DNA from: an uncultured Acidimicrobiia bacterium
GTDB lineage: Bacteria > Actinomycetota > Acidimicrobiia > Acidimicrobiales > AC-14
Assembly (NCBI GenBank): GCA_963836205.1
Contig: CAWIIV010000008.1
Location: forward strand, 169,831-233,830
DNA length: 64,000 nt
Direction: 5' to 3'
A program made the position numbers and the translations under genes. Below, one piece after another: positions 9,921 through 18,643 of the stretch (the stretch's first letter is position 1; each line of letters opens with the position of its first letter). A model generated the notes under the pieces. That model was not told the origin of the DNA and ran no database searches. It worked only from the letters and a program-made list of their open reading frames with translations.

Positions 9921-10478
9921 TTGGCTGCCATCGACGTGGCCGGATACGTAGCGGAGCTCAAGGACCACGCCGTCGACCACGGCTTCCATGTCCACGACGA
10001 GCGCCACTTCGTGGAGACGTACTCCCTGCGCCAGGTGTGGGAGGTCGACCTCCACCCGGAGGAGGGCTGCGGTGGCCCCCTCGACCTCCACCTTGCGCTG
10101 GAAGTGGAGCCGCGGGTGCTCCTCGCCTTCGAGGACGTGGTGTCGAACCTGCCCGACGACGAGGACCCGGCCGACGACTTCCAGTTCCCCCTCATCTTCA
10201 CGTGGGCCCTGCCGCCGCTGCCCAAGGGCCCCGACCTGCTCCTGTTGGCCACCGAGTTGGCCGGCGTGGGCGGGCCCGACCTGCCCCTCGAGGTGTCGGC
10301 CATCGACTCGTTCGCCTCGGTCACCGACGCCCCCGAGCGCAGCCTCACCATCGTCGCCCGCCAGCAGGTGTCGCTGGCCAAGGTCCTGGCCGGCGAGGAG
10401 CTGCTGTGCGACATGCTCGACCGCTGCCTGGCCGTCAGCCGCTTCCTGCTCGACCAGGCGCCGGCGTGGGGCGTCTGA
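9921..10478 (+). CDS. Hypothetical protein
   Basis: Strong SD GGAGGAGG before TTG at 9921; host-like codon usage; no family recognised. Confidence 0.75.
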   Translation: MAAIDVAGYVAELKDHAVDHGFHVHDERHFVETYSLRQVWEVDLHPEEGCGGPLDLHLALEVEPRVLLAFEDVVSNLPDDEDPADDFQFPLIFTWALPPLPKGPDLLLLATELAGVGGPDLPLEVSAIDSFASVTDAPERSLTIVARQQVSLAKVLAGEELLCDMLDRCLAVSRFLLDQAPAWGV

Positions 10479-10488
10479 CGCAAAACCC

Positions 10489-10517
10489 TTGACAGAAGGG
10501 GAGCCCGGGCTTATATT
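10489..10517 (+). promoter_or_regulatory. Sigma-70/SigA-type promoter
   Basis: TTGACA (10489-10494), 17-bp spacer, TATATT (10512-10517), rare in ~73% GC context. Confidence 0.85.
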
Positions 10518-10523
10518 TGTCTT

Positions 10524-10607
10524 CCGGAGTCCCAAGGGGGCACCCGAAGCGGAAGGACCCTCGGGTCCAGAAGCGGAGGAAACTTCCTTGGGGCTCCTCT
10601 TTTTTTT
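10524..10607 (+). ncRNA. Putative structured small RNA of unknown family
   Basis: 15-bp closing stem 10526-10540/10583-10597, central hairpin GGACCC-TC-GGGTCC flanked by two GAAGCGGA motifs, 8-T tail; directly downstream of the promoter. Confidence 0.7.
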
Positions 10608-10626
10608 GCCCTATTGTCGGGTTCTG

Positions 10627-10709
10627 GCCCGGATGGCGGAACGGTAGACGCGATGGTCTCAAACACCATTGTCCGAAAGGGCGTGCGGGTTCGAGTCCCG
10701 CTCCGGGCA
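10627..10709 (+). tRNA. tRNA-Leu(CAA)
   Basis: GCCCGGA acceptor, ATGGT-CTCAAAC-ACCAT anticodon arm, long variable arm, GGTTCGAGTCCC. Confidence 0.97.
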
Positions 10710-10835
10710 CGGCCGTTCGGCGGCATACACGCTGGCAGCGTCCTCTAGGGCCTCTGCGTGAGATGCATTGAGGTGTCCTTCGTGGTCACGAGTTGGTCAC
10801 AGATCGCCGGACGGGGGTTCGGCAGCGTCCTGCGG

Positions 10836-10883
10836 GTCGACGGCAATGTGTGAGTCGACGGCAATGTGAGTCGACGGCAATGT
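10836..10883. repeat. Three tandem copies of GTCGACGGCAATGT
   Basis: Copies at 10836, 10854 and 10870. Confidence 0.9.
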
Positions 10884-10909
10884 CGTGCAGCAAAGTCTTG
10901 AGGTGATCT

Positions 10910-11070
10910 CCCGCCAGGACCGGCCCGCAAGAATTGAGATGCCGGGTGTAGCAGTCGACCGTGGAAGGTGCCCGCCCCGAGGTGGACAGCCCGGCCGTCC
11001 AGCCGTCAAGGTAGGCGGCCGGGGTGAGGCGGCTCGGGTCGACATAGGTCTGGTCCCGCGCGCTGATCCT
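10910..11070 (-). pseudogene. Tyrosine integrase N-terminal (core-binding) remnant
   Basis: TYVDPSRLTPAAYLDGWTAGL..RAPSTVDCYTRHL resembles the actinobacterial phage-integrase N-terminal region; no catalytic domain follows. Confidence 0.6.
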
Positions 11071-11114
11071 GAGGCGGATCCGAGTAGAAGGAGGCGGCCG
11101 ATGGATCTCGTCCT

Positions 11115-11384
11115 CTACAGGACGAGATCCAGGTACGACGGGCGGTCGATCCGGCACTCGACCATGTCGTAGACCTGCCTTCTGGTAACGCCGAGTTGCC
11201 GACCGATCGCAGAGACCAGCGAGTCGTCGATGTCGCGGGCGCCGCGGGACACCTGGGTATGTGCCACCCACACACCGTCGATCTCGAGCTTGTACTTGTC
11301 GTGAGGCCCGCGGCCCGACCCGTCGCAGGTGAACCCGAACTTCCCCGTCAGTGCGGTGCGCAGGGCTCGGGCGGCGAGGGGCAC
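11115..11384 (-). CDS. HicA-like toxin (dsRBD-fold mRNA interferase)
   Basis: 89 aa; KFGF..GRGPHDKYKL (candidate catalytic His), DIDDSLVSAIGRQLGV. Confidence 0.65.
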   Translation of the reverse strand: MPLAARALRTALTGKFGFTCDGSGRGPHDKYKLEIDGVWVAHTQVSRGARDIDDSLVSAIGRQLGVTRRQVYDMVECRIDRPSYLDLVL

Positions 11385-11813
11385 CTATCCGAAGACGAGC
11401 CTAAGAAACGCCAGCTGACGTTGCATCCGTGGGTGCAGCCGTTCCTGGTGGAGGCGCAGCTCGTCATAGTGCTCCCGCGCTGCCTGGCGCCAGTGCTCCA
11501 TCGCTTCGCCAAATGACTGGCCGACGCCGTAGGCCCCTCCCTCTGGGTCCGAAACGACGACGGTTCCCTCCTCGCCCAGCCGCACGGTCAACCGCTGGAA
11601 CGCCTCAGCTGAGGAGCCGACCGCGGGAGCGCCTACGTGCACGACCAGCGTCGTTCCGCCGACCTGCGTCTGTGCCGGTGGCTCCCAAGAGTTGAGATCG
11701 TCCCATTCAAGCTCGAGGCTTGGCCTTTGGCCTGGGTCGACGTCGCTGTTCGTTGGGTCGGTTGTGCGCCCCGGTTGAGGGAAGGCGAACCGCTCCATCG
11801 TCATGTCACTCAC
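11385..11813 (-). CDS. HicB-like antitoxin with N-terminal low-complexity extension
   Basis: VVVSDPEGGAYGVGQSFGEAMEHWRQA matches the HicB partial RNase-H pattern; no RHH/HTH seen. Confidence 0.65.
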   Translation of the reverse strand: MSDMTMERFAFPQPGRTTDPTNSDVDPGQRPSLELEWDDLNSWEPPAQTQVGGTTLVVHVGAPAVGSSAEAFQRLTVRLGEEGTVVVSDPEGGAYGVGQSFGEAMEHWRQAAREHYDELRLHQERLHPRMQRQLAFLRLVFG

Positions 11814-12142
11814 TCGCTCATCCCTCCTGGTCCTCTCAGGTCAAGCCCTGGCGGGCCGAACTGCCTCAGATATTCACCAAACTGCGCCTGCAACAGGCTG
11901 ATCAAGGCGTGCATCAAGGTCGCCGGAACAACAACATGAGCCACGGCCTGCGGGTGGATCTCGACTACCCCCCCTTCGACATCCTCGGGTGACACCTGAA
12001 GCGGCGACAGGAAGAGGCTGAACATCAGGCGGAAGTCGTGGGGAGTGAAGTTAATGTTGGCGGCGTTCGCGTAGACCGGCCGCAGGTAGTCCGGCTCGAT
12101 CGGAGGTCCGACCGAAACGTTGAGGCCTGCCTGTTCCGACAC
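11810..12142 (-). CDS. DUF3467-like protein
   Basis: PVYANAANINFTPHDFRLMF..AHVVVPATLMHALISLLQAQFGEYLRQFG; SD GGAGGAG before GTG at 12142. Confidence 0.75.
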   Translation of the reverse strand: MSEQAGLNVSVGPPIEPDYLRPVYANAANINFTPHDFRLMFSLFLSPLQVSPEDVEGGVVEIHPQAVAHVVVPATLMHALISLLQAQFGEYLRQFGPPGLDLRGPGGMSE

Positions 12143-12250
12143 CGCTTCTCCTCCGCCCTGGGCGTTACACGCTTGTGATTTGGTGCACAAATAATGGTAC
12201 TAGTCATGCCGCCGGAAGGAAGGACCAGCATCCAAGCGTTCCTCTCCCTG

Positions 12251-12301
12251 GGGCCAAACACAGTGTCGGTCATGTCCGGGCCAAAGACAGTGTCGGTCAT
12301 G
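12251..12301. repeat. 24-bp direct repeat with 27-bp period
   Basis: GGGCCAAA(C/G)ACAGTGTCGGTCATG at 12251 and 12278. Confidence 0.85.
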
Positions 12302-12649
12302 ACGAGTCCCGTCGAGCGCCCACAGGCGTCGTCGCTGGTCACACCGTGGTCACGGAATGCCCGCCACTCGACAACACCAGACACCATGCCCGTTGTGGCG
12401 CCAACCCGAAAGGGCTGTCCAGAGCGGTCGTCTCGACCCCTGGCATCATCCGATGAACAAGGCCTGCGGGAGTTCGAGTCCCGCTCCGGGCACGGCCGTC
12501 ACCCACGACGCTCAGGGTGCACGGAACGAACCGTGCGCCGAGATGGCCGTGATCCGGCCCGAGATCGCCGCCGACACGACGATTCGAGCGATCTGAAGGG
12601 CGACCGACGTTACGTGCGCCGGAATCGTCGTGGGCGGTGGGGGGCGGCG

Positions 12650-13108
<459 letters not shown>

Positions 13109-13143
13109 CGGGCGACCCTACCCGTGGCCGGGAGGGCCCCCGG

Positions 13144-13986
13144 TCAGAGGCCCAGGGGCAGGCGCCGGCCGTTGAAGGTGGTCGTGCCCAGGGCCAGCTG
13201 CACGCCGGCGAAGGCGGGGACCTTGGCCTTCAGGTAGTCGAGCTCCCGGCGGATGTCGCCGACCCCGTTGGTGACGCCACCGGGGATGGCGATGTTGAGC
13301 GTGCTCAGAACGCCCAGGGCCTTGCCGGTGGAGTCGAGGAACGCGCTCCCCGAGTCGCCCGGGATGCCCGGCGTGAGGGTGGACACGCTGTGTGTCCATC
13401 CGCCGCCGCCGTCGCCCATGCTGAACCCGAGCTTGGGGCTGAGCAGGGTGATGCCCAGGCGCAGGCTGGAGTTGCCGTAGCTGTAGACCTTCTGCAGGGT
13501 GGTCGTGCCGGCCGAGTTGACCCCGTTGGGGCCACCCCAATGGGGGATGGACGGGTTGACCTTGGCCGCGTCGGCGGGGTCGATCTTCACCAGAGCCAGG
13601 TCGTTGTACTTGCAGGTGTCGGGATCGGTCTCGTTGAGCGCCTGCATGGTGAGCCAGGAGTTGTAGACGAGCGTGCCCGGCTTCGACGCCCCTCCCACGG
13701 TGACGGCGGTGCCGAGCGGCAGGGAACCGGCGATGCACCCGTTGGTGTCGGTCTGGCCACCGGTGGTGGAGCAGTGGGCGGCCTGCCCGATGTACACCGT
13801 GGGACCGTCGTAGAAGACGAAGTTCGACGTGCACTGGCCGCCGGCAGTCGTGGTCTGCACGCCGGGATGGATGGGCGCGGTGGCCGCCGGCGCCCACGTG
13901 GGTGCAGCCGTGGCCGTGCCGGCCGGGATCAGGGCCAGGGACGAGAGCAGGGCCGCGACCGGTACACAACGCCGAAAGATTCGCAT
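13144..13986 (-). CDS. Secreted trypsin-like serine protease
   Basis: Signal peptide, AAHC, NDLALV, PGDSGS catalytic triad motifs. Confidence 0.8.
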   Translation of the reverse strand: MRIFRRCVPVAALLSSLALIPAGTATAAPTWAPAATAPIHPGVQTTTAGGQCTSNFVFYDGPTVYIGQAAHCSTTGGQTDTNGCIAGSLPLGTAVTVGGASKPGTLVYNSWLTMQALNETDPDTCKYNDLALVKIDPADAAKVNPSIPHWGGPNGVNSAGTTTLQKVYSYGNSSLRLGITLLSPKLGFSMGDGGGGWTHSVSTLTPGIPGDSGSAFLDSTGKALGVLSTLNIAIPGGVTNGVGDIRRELDYLKAKVPAFAGVQLALGTTTFNGRRLPLGL

Positions 13987-14039
13987 CGGCTCAGGATGCC
14001 AGGGCCTCTCCGAGTTGGGGTGGCAGGGAGCAGGTATTT

Positions 14040-14858
14040 CTACGGCTGTGGATCGAGAGGCGGCGGTTCGACGGGCGCGGGCGCGGGCGCAGCGGCCAGC
14101 GAGTGGAACCCGCCGTCGACGTGGATCATCTCGCCGGTGGTGGCCGGGAACCAGTCCGACAGGAGGGCGACGCACGCCTTGGCCACCGGGATCGCGTCAC
14201 GGGTGTCCCAGCCGAGGGGGGCTCGGCCGCCCCAGGTGTCCTCGATCTGGGCGAACCCGGTGATGCCTTTGGCCGCGATCGTGCGCAGGGGGCCGGCCGA
14301 GACGAGGTTGACCCGCACCCGGTCGCGGCCGAGGTCGCGGGCCAGGTAGCGCGACGTGGCCTCAAGAGCGGCCTTGGCCACGCCCATCCAGTCGTACGCC
14401 GGCCACGCGTAGCGGGCGTCGAAGGTGAGGCCGACGATCGACCCCCCGCCGGCCGCCCGCATCAGAGGCAGGACGGCGCCGGCCAGGGCCTTGAGGGAGT
14501 AGGCCGAGACGTGCAGGGCCGTGCTCACGTCGGCCCATTCCGGCTGCATGAAGTCGCCGCCCAGGCAGTTGGCGGGGGCGAAGGCGACCGCGTGGAGCAC
14601 CCCGTCGACCCGTCCCCACCGGTTGCTGAGCTCCTCGGTGAGGAAGAGCAGATGGGCGGGGTCGGTGACGTCGACCTCGAGCACGTCGGGCTCCACCGGC
14701 AGCCGGCGGGCGGTGCGCTTGGTGAGGCTCATCCCCCGTCCGAAACCGGTGAGCACGATCTCGGCCCCCTGCTCCTGGGCCACCGCCGCCACCGCGTAGG
14801 CGATGGAGGATTCGTGCAGGACCCCCGTGACCAGCACCTTCTTGCCTTCGAGCAGCAT
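14040..14858 (-). CDS. fabI: Enoyl-ACP reductase (InhA-type)
   Basis: LLEGKKVLVTGV, SIAY, AWPAYDWMGVAKAALE, TTGEMIHVDGG. Confidence 0.95.
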   Translation of the reverse strand: MLLEGKKVLVTGVLHESSIAYAVAAVAQEQGAEIVLTGFGRGMSLTKRTARRLPVEPDVLEVDVTDPAHLLFLTEELSNRWGRVDGVLHAVAFAPANCLGGDFMQPEWADVSTALHVSAYSLKALAGAVLPLMRAAGGGSIVGLTFDARYAWPAYDWMGVAKAALEATSRYLARDLGRDRVRVNLVSAGPLRTIAAKGITGFAQIEDTWGGRAPLGWDTRDAIPVAKACVALLSDWFPATTGEMIHVDGGFHSLAAAPAPAPVEPPPLDPQP

Positions 14859-14868
14859 CAACCCCGCA

Positions 14869-16242
14869 TCATAGGGGTGGGTTGGAGTGCTTCAGGCCGG
14901 CGGGGGACGGCACCCGCTTGGACCGCAGGGCGGCCAGGCCGGCGACGAGGAGGCGGCGGGTGTCGGTGGGGTCGATGACCTCGTCGACGAAGCCCCGCTC
15001 GGCCGCCACCTGCGGCGTGCAGAACCGGGACGCGTACTCGGCCTCCAGCTGGTTCGCGGCGCCGGCCCGGTCGGCGGGGTCGTCGAAGGCGTCGAGGCGG
15101 CGGCGGTGGAGGATCTGGACCGCGCCGGGGGCACCCATCACCGCGATCTCGGCCGTCGGCCAGGCCAGGACCAGGTCGCTGCCCAGGCCCCGTGAGTCCA
15201 TGACGATGTAGGCGCCGCCGTAGGCCTTGCGCAACACCACGCAGATGCGGGGGACCGACGCCGCCGAGTACGCCGCCACCAGCTGGGCCCCGTAGCGGAT
15301 GATGCCCTGCCACTCGATGTCCTTGCCCGGCTGGAACCCGGAGCTGTCGACGAAGGTGACGAGGGGGATCCCGAACGCGTCGCAGCACTGGACGAAGCGG
15401 GCCGCCTTCGTCGAAGCGTCGATGTCGAGGGTGCCGGCCCGGTAGCTGGGCTGGTTGGCGATCACGCCCACGGGCGCCCCCGCCAACCGTCCGTAGCCGG
15501 TGACCACGTTGGGCGCCGCCCCCGCCCGCACTTCGAGGAACGAGTCGCGGTCGACGACGTCGCCGATCACGGTGCGCACGTCGTAGGAGGCGGTGGCCCG
15601 ATCGGGGACGGTGGTGGCCGCCACCCGGCAGGGCCGGTCGACGGGATCGTCGCAGGCCACGACGGGTGCGTCCTCCCGCCAATTCGAGGGCAGGTACGAC
15701 AGCAGGTCGCCCACGGCCCACGCCGCCTCCGCCTCGTCGGCCACGACCAGGGACGCCAACCCGCTGCGGCGGGCGTGGACGTCGGCCCCGCCCAGCTCGG
15801 CGCTGGTGGTGGGAAGCCCGGTGAACTCCAGCACCGATGCCGGACCGCTCACGTAGGCGTAGGCGTCGGCGGTCATCACCACGTGGTCGGCGATGCCCAA
15901 CATGAGGGCAGGACCGGCCAGGCACGGCCCGAGCACGGAGAAGACGATGGGCACCGTCCCCGACGCCTCGCTCAGGGCCCGGGCCACCCGGCCCCAGGCA
16001 TGGAGGGATGCCAGTCCCTCCCGGACGTCGGCGCCCGACGTCGACAGCTCCCCCACCACCGGCACCCCAACGTCGAGGGCCATGCGGATGAGGCGCTCGA
16101 CGACCTGCCCCTCGACGGGACCGATCGCCCCCCGGTGCGGCCCCCCGGCCAACCGGAACCAGGCCACCCGGCGCCCGTCGAGCTCGGTGAGCGAGGCCTG
16201 GACGGCTCCGCCCCGGCGGGCCGCGACCGGCACCGCGGTCAT
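14869..16242 (-). CDS. Acyl-CoA carboxylase carboxyltransferase subunit
   Basis: VGVIANQP, KAARFVQCCDAFGIPLVTFVD, RKAYGGAY, KHSNPPL. Confidence 0.9.
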   Translation of the reverse strand: MTAVPVAARRGGAVQASLTELDGRRVAWFRLAGGPHRGAIGPVEGQVVERLIRMALDVGVPVVGELSTSGADVREGLASLHAWGRVARALSEASGTVPIVFSVLGPCLAGPALMLGIADHVVMTADAYAYVSGPASVLEFTGLPTTSAELGGADVHARRSGLASLVVADEAEAAWAVGDLLSYLPSNWREDAPVVACDDPVDRPCRVAATTVPDRATASYDVRTVIGDVVDRDSFLEVRAGAAPNVVTGYGRLAGAPVGVIANQPSYRAGTLDIDASTKAARFVQCCDAFGIPLVTFVDSSGFQPGKDIEWQGIIRYGAQLVAAYSAASVPRICVVLRKAYGGAYIVMDSRGLGSDLVLAWPTAEIAVMGAPGAVQILHRRRLDAFDDPADRAGAANQLEAEYASRFCTPQVAAERGFVDEVIDPTDTRRLLVAGLAALRSKRVPSPAGLKHSNPPL

Positions 16243-16252
16243 TCGGCCGTGC

Positions 16253-17491
16253 TCACTCAGGGGGGGCGAGCACCAGGCTGGCGTTGTGGCCGCCGAACCC
16301 GAACGAGTTCGAGATGACGGGTGCGGCGGCGAGCTTCCGGGGCTCGCCGTGGACGACGTCGATGGCCAGCTCGTCCTCGGTGCGCTCGAAGTTGGCCGTG
16401 GGTGGGACCAGCCCGGCCCGCATGGCCAGGAACGAGGTGACCGCCTCCACCGCCCCGGCGGCGCCGATGAGGTGGCCGGTGGCGCCCTTGATCGACGTGA
16501 CCGGCGGCCCGTCGTGGCCGAAGACCTTCACCATCGCCTCCGCCTCGGCCGCGTCGTTGAGCGGCGTGGAGGTGCCGTGGGCGTTGACGTGGCCGATGGC
16601 CGACGGGTCGAGACCGGCGTCGACCAGGGCCAGGCGCATGCACTCGGCCGCTCCGACTCCCCCGGGTGAGGGAGCGGTGATGTGGTAGGCGTCGGCGTTG
16701 CGGCCGTAGCCGGCGACCTCGCCGTAGATGCGGGCGCCCCGGGCCACGGCCCGGTCCCAGCGCTCGAGCACCAGGAAGGCGGCACCCTCGCCGATGACGA
16801 AGCCGTCGCGGGCCACGTCGAAGGGTCGGGAGGCCAGCTCGGGGGCGTCGTGACGGCTGCTGAGGGCTCCCATGCGGGCGAAGGCGGCGATGGCGATGGG
16901 GGTCACCGCGGCCTCGCTGCCGCCCGCCAGCACCACGTCGGCCGAGCCCTCCCGGATCAGGCGAGCCCCCTCCCCCACCCCGTGGGAGCCGGCGGCGCAG
17001 GCGGTGGCGACGCAGAAGTTCGGCCCCGTCCAGCCCAGCTTCATGCCGATGAGGGCGGCGGTGGCGTTGGGCATCATCATGGGGACGAGCATGGGGCTGA
17101 CCCGGGACGCCCCCTTGCTGAACAGGACCTGCTCCTGCGCCTCCTGGGTGATCAGCCCGCCCACGCCGGTGCCCGCCACCACGCCGCAGCGGGCGGGGTC
17201 GGCGCCCAGGTCGCCGGCGTCGGCCAGGGCGTCGGCCGCGGCTGCGAAGCCGAGCTGGGCCACCCGGTCGGACCGCTTCGCCTCCTTGTAGTCGAGGTAG
17301 GCCAGGGGGTCGAAGTCGGCCACTTCACCCGCGAACTGCACCGGCAGGCCGGAGGGATCGAAGCGGCGGATGCGGGCCGCGCACGACTGCCCGGTGAGGA
17401 GGGTGGCCCAGAAGCTGTCGAGGTCGGAGCCGGCCGGCGACTTGACCCCCATGCCCACCACGGCCACGCGCGACCTCTCCACTCGGGTCAT
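16253..17491 (-). CDS. fabF: Beta-ketoacyl-ACP synthase II
   Basis: TACAAG, NAHGTST, GHLIGAAG, SNSFGFGGHN. Confidence 0.95.
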   Translation of the reverse strand: MTRVERSRVAVVGMGVKSPAGSDLDSFWATLLTGQSCAARIRRFDPSGLPVQFAGEVADFDPLAYLDYKEAKRSDRVAQLGFAAAADALADAGDLGADPARCGVVAGTGVGGLITQEAQEQVLFSKGASRVSPMLVPMMMPNATAALIGMKLGWTGPNFCVATACAAGSHGVGEGARLIREGSADVVLAGGSEAAVTPIAIAAFARMGALSSRHDAPELASRPFDVARDGFVIGEGAAFLVLERWDRAVARGARIYGEVAGYGRNADAYHITAPSPGGVGAAECMRLALVDAGLDPSAIGHVNAHGTSTPLNDAAEAEAMVKVFGHDGPPVTSIKGATGHLIGAAGAVEAVTSFLAMRAGLVPPTANFERTEDELAIDVVHGEPRKLAAAPVISNSFGFGGHNASLVLAPPE

Positions 17492-17832
17492 GCCGGGTTG
17501 GAGATCTCGACCGGCTCGGGGCTCTCGGCCGACACCGCGTCGGCCTCGGCAGCCGGTGCCGCGTCGTCGGCGGGCGCCGGCGTCTCGGTGGCCTCCGCGA
17601 TCCCGATGACGAGGTCGATGGCCTCGCCCACGGTGGTGATGCCGTCGAGCTTGTCCTCGGGGACGGAGATGGAGAAGCGCTCCTCCAGGGCCATCACGAC
17701 CTCGACCAGGTCGAGGCTGTCGGCGTCGAGGTCCTCCTTGAACCGGGCGGTCTCGGACACGATGGCCGGGTCGGCCCCGAGCACGTCGACGGCCACCTCG
17801 GTGAGCTGCTCGAGGACTGTCGCGCGATCCAT
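17488..17832 (-). CDS. acpP: Acyl carrier protein with acidic C-terminal extension
   Basis: DLDADSLDLVE phosphopantetheine site; SD AGGAGG. Confidence 0.93.
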   Translation of the reverse strand: MDRATVLEQLTEVAVDVLGADPAIVSETARFKEDLDADSLDLVEVVMALEERFSISVPEDKLDGITTVGEAIDLVIGIAEATETPAPADDAAPAAEADAVSAESPEPVEISNPA

Positions 17833-17899
17833 GTTGTGAATTCCTCCTAGGCCTTCATCGATAAGGGCGATACATCAGCGATCCGGTACGTCGGCGATC

Positions 17900-18643
17900 T
17901 CAGTGGCCCATGCCCATGCCGCCGTCGACCGGCACGACCGCGCCCGACACGTAACTGGCGGCGTCGGAACACAGAAATGCGGCAACGGCGGCGACTTCCT
18001 CGGGTGTGCCGAACCTGGCCAAGGGTACCTGGCCCGTCATCTGCGCCTTGCGCTCGTCGCTGAGGGCGTCGGTCATGGCCGTGGTGATGGGCCCGGGAGC
18101 GATCAGGTTGACGGTTATCCCCCGGGAGCCGAGCTCGCGGGCGACGGAGCGGGTGAGGCCGACCAGGCCGGCCTTGGCCGCCGCGTAGTTGGCCTGCCCG
18201 GGGGAGCCGGTGAGGGCGACCACCGATCCCACCAACACGATGCGTCCCCACCGGGCCCGGACCATGCCCGGGGTGGCCCGCCGCACGACGTGGAAGGCGC
18301 CGTCGAGGTTGGTGCGCAGGACCTCCGACCACTGCTCGTCGGACATCCGCATGACGAGGCCGTCGCGGTTGATGCCGGCGTTGGACACAACCACCTCGAC
18401 CTTGCCCCACGCCTCCTCCACCTGGGAGAAGGCAGCGTCGACCGAATCGGGGCGGCTCACGTCGACCTGGATCGGAAGCGCCTCCCCGCCCAGGCTCTCG
18501 ATGGCCTGGCACGTCTCCGCTCCCGCGGCGGCGTCGGCACCGAAGCAGGCCGCCACCCGGTGGCCGTCGGCCGCCAGGGCCACTGCCACCGCCCGGCCGA
18601 TCCCCCGGGACGCGCCCGTCACAAGGGCGATCCGCCCCCCCAT
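17900..18643 (-). CDS. fabG: 3-oxoacyl-ACP reductase
   Basis: VTGASRGIG, NAGINRD, YAAAKAG, VDGG. Confidence 0.93.
   Translation of the reverse strand: MGGRIALVTGASRGIGRAVAVALAADGHRVAACFGADAAAGAETCQAIESLGGEALPIQVDVSRPDSVDAAFSQVEEAWGKVEVVVSNAGINRDGLVMRMSDEQWSEVLRTNLDGAFHVVRRATPGMVRARWGRIVLVGSVVALTGSPGQANYAAAKAGLVGLTRSVARELGSRGITVNLIAPGPITTAMTDALSDERKAQMTGQVPLARFGTPEEVAAVAAFLCSDAASYVSGAVVPVDGGMGMGH

Larger units (their letters stand above)
10689..12499. mobile_element. Degraded integrative islet at the tRNA-Leu 3' end (attL-attR)
   Basis: 28-bp direct repeat GTTCGAGTCCCGCTCCGGGCACGGCCGT at 10689-10716 and 12472-12499; visibly more AT-rich interior; integrase remnant. Confidence 0.88.
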
